A stretch of 44,015 nt of DNA from Pseudomonadota bacterium (GCA_018240995.1 JAFEES010000571.1:1-44015), one strand, 5' to 3'; numbered from the stretch's first letter, positions 1-10,634 are shown. A program made the numbers and translations. Notes: generated from the letters alone by a model not told the origin.

Positions 1-2
1 CG

Positions 3-1256
<1,254 letters not shown>

Positions 1257-1273
1257 TGCAGGAGTCATGCCCC

Positions 1274-2134
1274 ATGAGCACTGCCCTTGAACTGCTCTCA
1301 AGCCATGCCTGCTTTGGCGGCGAGCAGCGCTTTTACCGCCATGCCTCGGGCGAGATCGGCCTGCCCATGCAGTTTTCCGTCTACCTGCCGCGCCAGGCGC
1401 TGGCCGGCGAAAAGCGCCCGGCCCTGCTCTACCTGGCGGGCCTGACCTGCACCGAGGAAACCTTTGCCGTCAAGGCCGGCGCCCAGCAACTGGCCGCCGA
1501 GCTCGGCCTGGCCCTGATAGCGCCCGACACCAGCCCGCGCGGCGCCGGCATTGCCGGCGAGGCCGACGCCTGGGACTTCGGCGTGGGCGCGGGCTTTTAC
1601 CTGGACGCCACCCAGGCGCCCTGGGCCACGCACTGGCGCATGGAAAGCTACCTGCTGCAGGAGCTGCTGCCGCTGGCCGGCGCCGCCCTGCCGATCGATG
1701 CCACGCGCCTGGGCATCTTTGGCCACAGCATGGGCGGCCATGGCGCGCTCACGCTGGCACTGCGCCACCCGGGGCGCTTCAAGAGCCTGTCGGCCTTTGC
1801 GCCCATATGTGCGCCCACGCGCTGCCCCTGGGGCGAAAAGGCCTTCACCGGCTACCTGGGCACGAACCGCGCAAGCTGGGCTGCGCATGACGCCACGCTG
1901 CTGCTGCAAGGCCATGCCGGCGCACCCTACCCCGGCGGCATCCTGGTGGATCAGGGCCTGGCGGACAAATTCCTGGCCCAGCAGCTGCACCCCGAGCTGC
2001 TGGAGTCGGCCTGCGCCGCCACAGGCCAGCCGCTCACGCTGCGCCGCCACGCCGGCTATGACCACGGCTACTACTTCATCCAGAGCTTCATGGCCGACCA
2101 CCTGCGGCATCACGCGCAGCAGCTCGGCACATAG
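1274..2134 (+). CDS. fghA: S-formylglutathione hydrolase
   Basis: LAGLTCTEE, PDTSPRG, GAGFYLDAT, GHSMGGHG nucleophile motif, GYDHGYYFI; follows frmA. Confidence 0.96.
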   Translation: MSTALELLSSHACFGGEQRFYRHASGEIGLPMQFSVYLPRQALAGEKRPALLYLAGLTCTEETFAVKAGAQQLAAELGLALIAPDTSPRGAGIAGEADAWDFGVGAGFYLDATQAPWATHWRMESYLLQELLPLAGAALPIDATRLGIFGHSMGGHGALTLALRHPGRFKSLSAFAPICAPTRCPWGEKAFTGYLGTNRASWAAHDATLLLQGHAGAPYPGGILVDQGLADKFLAQQLHPELLESACAATGQPLTLRRHAGYDHGYYFIQSFMADHLRHHAQQLGT

Positions 2135-2215
2135 TGGCGTTTGCAATGATTTGCATTGACCGATAGCCGCAAGTCATAGGATGGAGGAGTTTTTTTTCAT
2201 AGGCAGGAGCCTTCC

Positions 2216-3034
2216 ATGAACGCACAGGAAATCTGGCAATTCATCAGCACCCAAGGCGCTGAGTTCGGCATCAAGCTGCTCACGGCGATTGCCGCCTGGG
2301 TCGTGGGCCGCTGGCTCATCAGCCTGGCCGTGCGCCTCATGGGCAAGGTGTTCGAGCGCGGCAACAAGATCGACGCCACGCTGTCGCAATACCTGCAGTC
2401 GATCGCCTCGGTGCTGCTGAACATTGTCCTGATCCTGGCCATACTGGACATCTTCGGCGTCAAGACCACCTCGTTTGCCGCCCTGCTAGCCGGCGCCGGC
2501 CTGGCCATTGGCGCGGCCTGGAGCGGCATGCTGGGCAACTTTGCCGCCGGTGTCTTCATGCAGGTGCTGCGCCCCTACAAGGTGGGTGACTTCATCAGCG
2601 CCGGCGGCGTGGTGGGCACGGTGAAGGAGCTGGGCCTGTTTGCCACCACCATCATCACGCCCGACAACGTGATCACCGTCGTCGGCAACGGCAAGGTGTT
2701 TGGCGACAACATCCAGAACTACAGCGCGCTGCCCGTGCGCCGCGTGGACTGCGTGGCCAAGGTGGCCAACAGCGTCAGCGCGCTGGACGCCATTGCACGC
2801 CTGCGCCCGGTGATCGCCGCCATTCCCAACGTGGCGGCGGACCCGGCACCGGTGATCGAGATCCTGGAATTCACACCCGAAGGCCCCAAGCTGTGCGTGC
2901 GCCCCTTCACGCATACCGACAACTACTGGCAGGTGTACTTCGACACCAACAAGGCCATTGTCGAAACCTTCGGCGCCGCGGGCTACCCCGTGCCCGAGAC
3001 GCCCATGGCCTATCGCCAGTCGCCGGTGCAATAA
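2216..3034 (+). CDS. mscS: small-conductance mechanosensitive channel, MscS family
   Basis: three N-terminal TM segments, AALLAGAGLAIG, NFAAGV, RPYKVGDFI; AGGAG RBS. Confidence 0.9.
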   Translation: MNAQEIWQFISTQGAEFGIKLLTAIAAWVVGRWLISLAVRLMGKVFERGNKIDATLSQYLQSIASVLLNIVLILAILDIFGVKTTSFAALLAGAGLAIGAAWSGMLGNFAAGVFMQVLRPYKVGDFISAGGVVGTVKELGLFATTIITPDNVITVVGNGKVFGDNIQNYSALPVRRVDCVAKVANSVSALDAIARLRPVIAAIPNVAADPAPVIEILEFTPEGPKLCVRPFTHTDNYWQVYFDTNKAIVETFGAAGYPVPETPMAYRQSPVQ

Positions 3035-3183
3035 CGCCATAAGCGATTGCACCTGTTTGCGCAAGCGCACAAAAAATCACAGTCGGCCAGTGCGGCAACC
3101 CTTGGCAAAAAGCCGCATTGGCCCGACAATCAAGCGCAACGCACCGTTTCGGTGCATTTTTTTTGAAATTGAGCAGCGCCTAG

Positions 3184-3212
3184 GCCCGGACAACCCCGTT
3201 GCCCGGGCTTTT
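3184..3212 (+). terminator. possible intrinsic terminator between mscS and rnk
   Basis: GCCCGG(A)CAAC-CCC-GTTG(C)CCGGGC followed by TTTT. Confidence 0.45.
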
Positions 3213-3253
3213 GTCCGTTTTTGCACCCTCCATTCGCTTCAAGGGAAACCATC

Positions 3254-3661
3254 ATGAGCAGCAAACCATCCATCACCGTCTCGTCGCTGGACTTCGAGCG
3301 CCTGGAATCCTTGCTCGAAAAACAGACCGGCGACTTCCCCGGCCGCGCCGCGCTGGAGGCCGAACTCGACCGCGCCGACGTGCTCGACCCCAAGGACATG
3401 CCGCCCAACGTGGTGACCATGAACTCCACCGTGCGCTTCACCATGCTGGAAAGCGGCAAGAGCAACACCCTGACCCTGGTCTACCCCAAGGAGATGGACG
3501 GCAGCGACACCAAGGTCTCGGTGTTTGCCCCCGTGGGCATTGCCCTGCTGGGCCTGAGCGTAGGCGACGAGCTGCAGATGCCCAGCCCCACGGGCCGCAT
3601 CACGGTGCGCGTCGACGCCATCGACTACCAGCCCGAGAACGCCGGCGAGCTGCACCGCTGA
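3254..3661 (+). CDS. rnk: regulator of nucleoside diphosphate kinase (GreA/GreB-like)
   Basis: KPSITVSSLDFERLESLL, ELDRA, VVTMNSTVRF, LTLVYP, SVFAPVGIALLGL, YQPE. Confidence 0.93.
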   Translation: MSSKPSITVSSLDFERLESLLEKQTGDFPGRAALEAELDRADVLDPKDMPPNVVTMNSTVRFTMLESGKSNTLTLVYPKEMDGSDTKVSVFAPVGIALLGLSVGDELQMPSPTGRITVRVDAIDYQPENAGELHR

Positions 3662-3684
3662 AGGCACAGGCTCCCATCGGCAAG

Positions 3685-3713
3685 AAGGCAGCCCGCGCAG
3701 GCTGCCTTTTTTT
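3685..3713 (+). terminator. intrinsic terminator after rnk
   Basis: AAGGCAGCC-CGCGCA-GGCTGCCTT followed by a T run; lies between convergent genes. Confidence 0.8.
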
Positions 3714-3715
3714 CT

Positions 3716-4876
3716 TCAGCGCATGCCGCTGAGCAGCGCGGTGGTCAGCAGGCCGGTGCCCACCAGCCCCGCCTGCCAGCGCAGCGCCGCCTGCCAGGTG
3801 GGCACATGGCGTTCCACGCGCTCATACAGCACATGGCCGGCGGCGACCGACAGCACGAAGGCCAGCAGCATGCCGAGTTCCGCGGCGACGACGGACTGCG
3901 GCCAGAAATGGCTTTCCACGGCGTTCACGCCCACGCACACGGCAAAGTGCACCAGGAACACCGAGTACGAGATCTGCCCCAGGCGGTTCAGCGGCGGCCA
4001 GCCCGGCCAGCGCAGCACGGCCGGCAGGCGCATGGCGATCACCAGCGCCAGCGCCGTGGCGCCCGCCAGCGCCACGCGCGGGCGCCATTGCAGCGCCAGT
4101 GCCGCCAGCACCAGCGCCAGCATCAGCAACGCCCAGCCCCAGGCGCCCAGCGGCCGCGGCGACTGCACGGCCCAATAGGCCAGCATGCCCAGGCCATAGG
4201 CGCCAAGGAAGTACCAGGCCCACATGTCCCACTGCGCGTCCAGGTTGAAGCCCAGCAGTGACAGCGCCACGCCCAGCACCACCAGCGCCTGCGCGCCGCT
4301 CACGGCCCAGGGCCAGCAGCGGTTGAGCAGCCTGCCGCCAAAACGCGCCCGCAGCGCCGCAGCGGCCGTGGATGCGCCCGCCAGCAATAGCGTGGTCAAG
4401 GCAAACAGCTGGAAGTCTATGGCCACGTACCAGACGCCCGCCGAGATCGACTCGGCCCCCAGCACGCCCTGCAGCAGCAGCGCATGCGCCAGCAGCTGCC
4501 ACAGGTCGGGGTCGTCGGACACCGACGGGTGATCGAACCAGGGGCGCACCGCCGCCTGCACCACGATGGCCAGCACCAGCGCCACGGCGTAGGGCACGAC
4601 CAGGCGCACAAAGCGCCGCGCGATTTTCAGCCCGGGATCATCGAAGCGCGCATGGCCGCGCGGCGCCAGGCTGGCCGCGCCCAGAAAGCCGCCGAGCACC
4701 AGGAACACCTGCACCGCCATGCGCGCATAGTCGTTGAGCCAGTCGATGACGCCCGGCATGGCCTGGTGCGCCACGTCGGACATGGGGCCATAGAACGCCA
4801 AGTGGTGCCAGACGATGGCCGCGCAGGCCAATCCTTTGGTGCAGTCGATGAACGCGCTGCGCTGAGCGTGGGACAT
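3716..4876 (-). CDS. membrane acyltransferase family 3 (OafA-like)
   Basis: IDCTKGLACAAIVWHH, AVQVFLVLGGF, RRFVRL, WYVAIDFQL, LGQISYSVFLVH; multiple TM helices. Confidence 0.85.
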   Translation of the reverse strand: MSHAQRSAFIDCTKGLACAAIVWHHLAFYGPMSDVAHQAMPGVIDWLNDYARMAVQVFLVLGGFLGAASLAPRGHARFDDPGLKIARRFVRLVVPYAVALVLAIVVQAAVRPWFDHPSVSDDPDLWQLLAHALLLQGVLGAESISAGVWYVAIDFQLFALTTLLLAGASTAAAALRARFGGRLLNRCWPWAVSGAQALVVLGVALSLLGFNLDAQWDMWAWYFLGAYGLGMLAYWAVQSPRPLGAWGWALLMLALVLAALALQWRPRVALAGATALALVIAMRLPAVLRWPGWPPLNRLGQISYSVFLVHFAVCVGVNAVESHFWPQSVVAAELGMLLAFVLSVAAGHVLYERVERHVPTWQAALRWQAGLVGTGLLTTALLSGMR

Positions 4877-5034
4877 GGGAGGAAGGAGGATCTAACAAGG
4901 GACATGACGCCGGGCCCGGCACGCCGCGCACGGGTGCCGGTCAGGCGTCAAGGGGGCGAAGCGTAACACCATCGCCCGCGCCGCGTGCGCGCACCCCAAG
5001 ATGCCAAGGCCCGGCAGTGGGTCGTTTTACGGGT

Positions 5035-7665
5035 TCAGGCCAGCAGTCGCCGGGCGGCGGCCGTGATGTGCGCCGCATCCACCTGGAAGTAGGCGCGCAG
5101 CGCGGCGCGCGTGTCGCTGCGGCCAAAGCCGTCGGTGCCCAGGGTGCGGTAGGCGCGAGCGGCGGGGATGTAGGCGCGCACGCTCTCGGGCAGGGCGCGC
5201 ACATAGTCGGTGGCGGCGACGATGGGCCCGCCGCAACTCGCCAGCACCTGGGCAATCCAGGGCGTGGCGCCGCTGCCCTCGCACGCCTGGCCGTCGCGTG
5301 CCAGCTCGCTCCAGCTGGTCACGCTGACCACATGCGCGGTGATGCCCTCGGCGGCCAGCAGCTCGGCGGCCTTGACGACCTCGGTGAGGATGGCGCCCGA
5401 GCCCAGCAGGGTCACTTGTTTTTCAGGTGGATTTGCCGTGCCAGGCCCACCTGTCGTGCGTTGATAGCTATTGAATAAATAGCAGCCACGCAGCACGCCC
5501 TGGTGCGCCGCCTCGCTCAGGTCGGGTTGGGCGTAGTTCTCGTTCATCAGCGTGACGTAGTAGAAGACGTCGCGCTGCTCGGTCACCATCTCGCGCATGC
5601 CGGCATCCACGATCACCGCCAGCTCGCCGGCAAAGGCCGGGTCATAGGCCTTGCAATTGGGGATGGTGGCGGCCATCAGGTGGCTTGAGCCGTCCTGGTG
5701 CTGCAGCCCCTCGCCGCCCAGCGTGGTGCGCCCGCTGGTGGCGCCGAGCAAAAAGCCGCGCGCGCGCTGGTCGGCCGCGGCCCAGATGGCGTCGCCCACG
5801 CGCTGGAAGCCGAACATGGAGTAGTAGATGTAGAACGGCAGCATGGCCAGGCCGTGCACGCTGTAGCTGGTGGCCGCGGCCGTCCAGCTGGCAATCGCTC
5901 CAGCCTCGCTGATGCCTTCTTCGAGGATCTGCCCGTCGCGCGCCTCGCGGTAGGACAGGATGGAGCCAATGTCTTCTGGCGCGTAGCGCTGGCCCACGTT
6001 GCTGTAGATGCCCACCTGCTTGAACAGGTTGGCCATGCCGAAGGTGCGCGCCTCGTCGGCGACGATGGGCACGATGCGCGGGCCCAGCGCGCCGTCCTTG
6101 AGCAGGCCGCCCAGCATGCGCACGAAGGCCATGGTGGTGCTCATCTCCTTGCCATCGGCGCCCAGGGCAAACTGCGCGTAGCTGGCCAGCGGCGGCACGG
6201 CGAGCGGCGCGCAGCTCGATTCGCGCCGCGGCAGGTAGCCGCCAAGCTGGCTGCGGCGCGCCTGCAGGTATTGCATCTCGGCGCTGCCTTCGGCGGGCTT
6301 CAAGAATTCCAGCCCCACCGCCTGCGCATCGGTAAGCGGCAGGTTGAAGCGGTTGCGAAACTCGATCAACTCCTGGTCGTCCAGCTTTTTCTGGCTGTGC
6401 GTGGTCATCTTGCCCTGGCCGGCCGTGCCCATGCCGTAGCCCTTCTTGGTGTGCGCCAGGATCACCGTGGGCTGGCCCTTGTGGGCGGCGGCCGCGGCGT
6501 AGGCGGCATAGATCTTCACCAGGTCGTGGCCGCCGCGTTTCAGGCGGTCGATCTGCTCGTCCGTCATGCCCTGGGCCAGCTGCTGCAGCGCGGGGCTTTG
6601 GCCAAAGAAATGATCGCGGTTGTAGCGCCCGTCCTTGGCGGCGAAGGTCTGCATCTGGCCGTCCACGGTCTCGCCCAGGGTGCGCACCAGCGCGCCGGTG
6701 AGGTCGCGCGCAAACAGGCCGTCCCAGTCGCTGCCCCATAGCAGCTTGATGACGTTCCAGCCGCTGCCGGTGAACAGGCGCTCCAGTTCACCGACGATGC
6801 TGCCGTTGCCACGCACCGGGCCATCGAGGCGCTGCAGGTTGCAGTTGACCACCCACACCAGGTTGTCCAGGCCTTCGCGCGAGGCCAGCGTCAGCGCGCT
6901 GGTGCTCTCGGGTTCGTCCATCTCGCCGTCGCCAAACACGCCCCAGACCTTGCGCCCGCCGCAGTCCAGCAGGCCGCGGTCGGTCAGAAAGTGCATGAAG
7001 CGCGCGTGGTAGATGCTGCTGATCGGCCCTATGCCCATGGAGCCGGTGGGGAACTGCCAAAAGTCCGGCATGGACCAGGGGTGCGGGTAGCTGCACAGGC
7101 CGCGCGCGCCCTCGTCGGGCGCGGTGATCTCCTGGCGGAAATGCAGCAGATCCTGCTCACTCAAAAAGCCTTCGAGGAAGGCGCGCGCGTACACCCCCGG
7201 CGCGCTGTGCGGCTGGAAGAACACCAGGTCGCCACGGTGCTGGCCCGGCCCCAGGCCCTGGCGCGCATGGAAGAAATGGTTGAACCCCACCTCGAACAGG
7301 TCGGCCGCGCTGGCGTAGCTGGCGATATGCCCGCCCAGCTCGCCATAGGCCTGGTTGGCGCGCACCACCATGGCCAGCGCGTTCCAGCGCATCAGCGAGG
7401 CCAGGCGCTCCTCCACGGCCAGGTCACCGGCAAACACCGGCTGCTGCTGCGCGGCAATGGTGTTCACGTGGGGGCCGTTCAGCTCCGGCCGCCAGCCCAC
7501 CTGGCTTGCGTGCGCAGCGCGCGCCAGTTCGTCGAGGATGAAACGCGCTCGCTCGGGGCCTTGGGCGGCCACCAGTGCGGCAAATGCATCGCGCCATTCG
7601 GCGGTCTCTTGCGGGTCGGTGTCGGGCAGGGCGCCGTGGGCAGAAAGTGTCTGAGGTGCGTTCAT
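5035..7665 (-). CDS. mdeB: TPP-dependent 2-oxoacid dehydrogenase E1, homodimeric type (MdeB / AceE paralog)
   Basis: DTDPQETAEW, GGHIASYAS, YPHPW, PTGSMGIG, GDGEMDEPE TPP motif, DEARTFG, GEGLQHQDG, LGTDGFGRSDTR; start set at MNAPQ because the longer ORF begins inside a MITE. Confidence 0.88.
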   Translation of the reverse strand: MNAPQTLSAHGALPDTDPQETAEWRDAFAALVAAQGPERARFILDELARAAHASQVGWRPELNGPHVNTIAAQQQPVFAGDLAVEERLASLMRWNALAMVVRANQAYGELGGHIASYASAADLFEVGFNHFFHARQGLGPGQHRGDLVFFQPHSAPGVYARAFLEGFLSEQDLLHFRQEITAPDEGARGLCSYPHPWSMPDFWQFPTGSMGIGPISSIYHARFMHFLTDRGLLDCGGRKVWGVFGDGEMDEPESTSALTLASREGLDNLVWVVNCNLQRLDGPVRGNGSIVGELERLFTGSGWNVIKLLWGSDWDGLFARDLTGALVRTLGETVDGQMQTFAAKDGRYNRDHFFGQSPALQQLAQGMTDEQIDRLKRGGHDLVKIYAAYAAAAAHKGQPTVILAHTKKGYGMGTAGQGKMTTHSQKKLDDQELIEFRNRFNLPLTDAQAVGLEFLKPAEGSAEMQYLQARRSQLGGYLPRRESSCAPLAVPPLASYAQFALGADGKEMSTTMAFVRMLGGLLKDGALGPRIVPIVADEARTFGMANLFKQVGIYSNVGQRYAPEDIGSILSYREARDGQILEEGISEAGAIASWTAAATSYSVHGLAMLPFYIYYSMFGFQRVGDAIWAAADQRARGFLLGATSGRTTLGGEGLQHQDGSSHLMAATIPNCKAYDPAFAGELAVIVDAGMREMVTEQRDVFYYVTLMNENYAQPDLSEAAHQGVLRGCYLFNSYQRTTGGPGTANPPEKQVTLLGSGAILTEVVKAAELLAAEGITAHVVSVTSWSELARDGQACEGSGATPWIAQVLASCGGPIVAATDYVRALPESVRAYIPAARAYRTLGTDGFGRSDTRAALRAYFQVDAAHITAAARRLLA

Positions 7666-7756
7666 GCTCGCCACTGTATGCCTGAATGCGCCTGCCGGGG
7701 TAGTGTTTGGGAGGCACCGCGGCGCCATCCGCAACCGTCGGCCGCTCAGGTACTCA

Positions 7757-7915
7757 GAGGTTGAGAGGAAATTGGCCGTGCCCGAAAGGCGCGTCAAAAC
7801 GCCTCCAATCGAGGCGCAAAACGCAGCCATAGCTCGGGCTATGGCGAGTATTTGCAACGAAGAGTGGCGGAGTTTTGGCGTGCAAGGCGGGCATGGGCAA
7901 TTGCCTCTCAGGCTC
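7757..7915. mobile_element. 159-bp MITE, family A copy 1
   Basis: imperfect ~18-bp TIRs GAGGTTGAGAGGAAATTG / CAATTGCCTCTCAGGCTC; TCA on both flanks (7754-7756, 7916-7918); 4 differences from 37261-37419. Confidence 0.85.
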
Positions 7916-8726
7916 TCAGTGCGAAGGCATCCATGGCCAGGTTGCCGTACATGACCTCGCGACTCAGGTACTGGGCGTGCGCACCATCGCCCGCGGCACC
8001 CAGCGCAAAGAACAGCGGCATGAAATGCTCCTCGGTGGGATGGGCGCGCCGGGCGTGCGGCGCCCGCGCGCGGTAGTCCAGTAGCGCCGCGATGTCGCCA
8101 CGTTCGACCTGCGCCTCGACCCAGCGGCTGAACTCCAGCACATAGGGTGCGGGCTCGGCGGCGCCACCGAAGAACTCGGCCAGGTTATGCGTCATGCTGC
8201 CCGAACCCACCAGCAGTACGCCCTGGGCAGCCAGGCCGCGCAGGGCCGCGCCCATGGCATGCACCTCGCGCGGGCCGGCGCCCACGGGCAGGGCCAGCTG
8301 CACCACGGGCACATCGGCCTGCGGGAACAGGTGCATCAACGGCACCCAGGCACCATGATCGAACGGGCGCGCGGCATCGCCCTGCGCGCTGATACCGGCG
8401 CGCAGCAGCAAATCGAGCACCTGTGCAGCCAGCGCCGGGTCGCCCGGGGCCGGGTATTGCAACTGGTACAGCGCCGGCGGAAAACCGCCAAAGTCGTGCC
8501 AGGTGGCGGGCCGCGCGCCGGCCATGACCACCGCGCCGCGCTCCATCCAGTGTGGCGACAGGATGACCACGCCGCGCAGACCCGGGTGCTGCGCGCGCAG
8601 CCGCTCGCCCCAGCGCGTCAGGGCCGGGCCGGTGCTGCCGGGCTCCAGGGCGAATAGCGGCGCGCCGTGCGACACATACAGCACCGGCAGGGTGGCGCTG
8701 GAAGTTGGCTGGTGTTGCTGGGTCAT
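7908..8726 (-). CDS. DODA/YgiD-type class III extradiol ring-cleavage dioxygenase (LigB family)
   Basis: LYVSHGAP, LSPHW, HDFGGFP, FDHGAWVPL, GSGSMTHNL, AHPTEEHFMPL; alternative start at 8741. Confidence 0.9.
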   Translation of the reverse strand: MTQQHQPTSSATLPVLYVSHGAPLFALEPGSTGPALTRWGERLRAQHPGLRGVVILSPHWMERGAVVMAGARPATWHDFGGFPPALYQLQYPAPGDPALAAQVLDLLLRAGISAQGDAARPFDHGAWVPLMHLFPQADVPVVQLALPVGAGPREVHAMGAALRGLAAQGVLLVGSGSMTHNLAEFFGGAAEPAPYVLEFSRWVEAQVERGDIAALLDYRARAPHARRAHPTEEHFMPLFFALGAAGDGAHAQYLSREVMYGNLAMDAFALRA

Positions 8727-8789
8727 GCTTGCCTCACTCATCTTTACATGGGTGCGGCTGGCGCAAAGCCAAGGCCTGCGCCCATGGGC

Positions 8790-9194
8790 CTACTGCTCGG
8801 CGGGCCGGCTGCGCAGCGCCTTGAGCCCCGAGCGCCGGCTCTTGGCCTGCAGCCGCCGCTGGCGCGAGGCCAGCGTGGGCCGCGTGGCGCGGCGCACGCG
8901 CGGCGGCCGCGCCACGCTGTCCACCAGGGCCTGCAGGCGCTCCAGCGCGTCCAGGCGGTTGGCCTCTTGGGTGCGGTACTGCTGGGCCTTGATGACCAGC
9001 ACGCCCTGCTGCGTGATGCGGCCATCATGCAGGGCCAGCAGGCGCTGCTTCACGTCCTCGGGCAGCGACGATGCGCCAATGTCAAAGCGCAGGTGCACGG
9101 CGCTCGCCACCTTGTTCACGTTCTGCCCGCCGGCGCCCTGGGCGCGCATGGCGCTCAGCTCCACCTCGGCCGGGTTCACCTGCAGGGCCGTCAC
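8790..9194 (-). CDS. arfB: alternative ribosome rescue peptidyl-tRNA hydrolase
   Basis: RAQGAGGQNVNKV (GGQ motif), LRFDI, basic tail RRATRPTLASRQRRLQAKSRRS; GTG start 9194 (TTG 9200 possible). Confidence 0.92.
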   Translation of the reverse strand: MTALQVNPAEVELSAMRAQGAGGQNVNKVASAVHLRFDIGASSLPEDVKQRLLALHDGRITQQGVLVIKAQQYRTQEANRLDALERLQALVDSVARPPRVRRATRPTLASRQRRLQAKSRRSGLKALRSRPAEQ

Positions 9195-9196
9195 GC

Positions 9197-10096
9197 TCAA
9201 GCCCCTTGCGCGTCTTGCGCCCCGTCGCCCAGCGCCGCCAGCAGGGCCTGCGCAAAGGCCTGCGGGCGCTCGAACTGCACCCAGTGGCCGGTGTCCGCGA
9301 TCAGCGCCATGCCGCGAAAGTCCGGCGCGGCTTGCGCATAGGCGCCCTCCAGCGCGACTATCCATTCCCGGTACAGCGCATCGTCGCGGCCATAGATGGC
9401 GTGCACCGGGCAGGCCACCCGGGGCAGCGCGCGCGCCAGCGCATCGGTGTGCGCCAGGCGGCGGCGCGGCATGCGGTCGCGCACCACGTTGGCCACGTGC
9501 AGGCCCAGGGCCAGGCCGTCCAGGCCGTCGATCAGAGCCTGGTCCTTGAGCATCAGCGCCGCCAGGTTGTAGCGGTGCGTGGCGATCTGCCCATCCGCCG
9601 GCAGGTGGCGCCAGGCCTTGAGCTCGAACTGCCGCCTGGGCACCACGCCCATGGCGGGCGCGCCCACCAGCACCAGCTGGCGCGCCAGCTCCGGGTGCTC
9701 GGCCAGCAGCAGGCCGGCCGTCAGGCCGCCGAAGGAAAAGCCCACCAGGTCGCAGGGGCGCGCGCCGAACAGCGCGCGCAGCCCGTCGGCCAGCGGCTCG
9801 ACCAGCGCGTCCGCGTCGCCACCCGTGCCGGGTGCGGCGGAATCGCCAAAGCCGGGCAGGTCGGCAAGCCACAGCTCGCGGCCCGCGGCCACCAGCTCGT
9901 CGATGTTGCGCACCCAATGCGTCCAGCTGCCGCTACCGCCATGCAGCAGCACCAGGGGCGGCACGCCGGGCCGCGCATCGCCCCAGACATGCCAGACCAT
10001 GTCGCCGTCGCCGCAGGGCGTGGTCTCGCGCCGCGCCAGGGCCTGCAGGCGCAGCACCTCGGCCGGCACGGGCAGCGTGGCCAGGGGAGCGTTCAC
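9197..10096 (-). CDS. alpha/beta fold hydrolase (MhpC/BphD-like motifs)
   Basis: [28 protein letters not shown] nucleophile motif, GHWVQFE; GTG start overlaps the aroQ stop (GTGA). Confidence 0.85.
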   Translation of the reverse strand: MNAPLATLPVPAEVLRLQALARRETTPCGDGDMVWHVWGDARPGVPPLVLLHGGSGSWTHWVRNIDELVAAGRELWLADLPGFGDSAAPGTGGDADALVEPLADGLRALFGARPCDLVGFSFGGLTAGLLLAEHPELARQLVLVGAPAMGVVPRRQFELKAWRHLPADGQIATHRYNLAALMLKDQALIDGLDGLALGLHVANVVRDRMPRRRLAHTDALARALPRVACPVHAIYGRDDALYREWIVALEGAYAQAAPDFRGMALIADTGHWVQFERPQAFAQALLAALGDGAQDAQGA

Positions 10097-10539
10097 CACT
10101 GCGCCAACCCGTCTATGGCCAGCGCGTAGCCCTGCACGCCAAAGCCGCACATCACGGCGCGGGCGGCGGCGGCCAGGTAGGAGTGGTGGCGAAAGCTCTC
10201 GCGCGCATGCACGTTGCTGATGTGCAGCTCCACCAGCGGCACGCCCGTGCCCTTCACGGCGTCCAGTAGCGCCACGCTGGTGTGCGTGTAGGCGGCGGCG
10301 TTCAGCACCACGCCGGCCAGCTGGCCCGCGGCGTGCAGGCGGCCGGCCTCGTGTATCCAGTCCACCAATGCGCCCTCGTGGTTGCTCTGGCGAAACACCA
10401 GCGTGAAGCCATGGCGCGCGCAGGCCGTGGCACACAGCTGCTCCACGTCGGCCAGGGTTTGTGAGCCATAGACCTGAGGCTCGCGCGTGCCCAGCAGGTT
10501 GAGGTTGGGGCCGTTGAGGACGTAAACGGTTTTGGTCAT
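10093..10539 (-). CDS. aroQ: type II 3-dehydroquinate dehydratase
   Basis: [51 protein letters not shown]. Confidence 0.97.
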   Translation of the reverse strand: MTKTVYVLNGPNLNLLGTREPQVYGSQTLADVEQLCATACARHGFTLVFRQSNHEGALVDWIHEAGRLHAAGQLAGVVLNAAAYTHTSVALLDAVKGTGVPLVELHISNVHARESFRHHSYLAAAARAVMCGFGVQGYALAIDGLAQW

Positions 10540-10583
10540 GAGGTGCGATGCGCTGTGAACCCGTGGGCGATTATGCGTGCCGC

Positions 10584-10609
10584 AAACAAAAGCGGCCCCG
10601 AGGGGCCGC
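10584..10609 (-). terminator. intrinsic terminator after the proline-rich protein gene
   Basis: GCGGCCCC/GGGGCCGC stem preceded on + by an A-rich run (T run on -). Confidence 0.65.
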
Positions 10610-10634
10610 CGGTGTCACCGCAAGTGTGCGGGGT

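Noticed and set aside
3102-3120. TTGGCAAAAAGCCGCA as a sigma54 promoter
   Set aside because: GG-to-GC spacing is 9 nt rather than the required 10
7666-7857. Near-identical N-terminal extension MQILAIARAMAAFCASIGGVLTRLSG on the E1 (940 aa) and 2-hydroxyacid dehydrogenase (366 aa) ORFs, resembling a shared targeting peptide
   Set aside because: It is the translation of the MITE reverse strand from a TTG; family-typical starts are at 7665 and 37241
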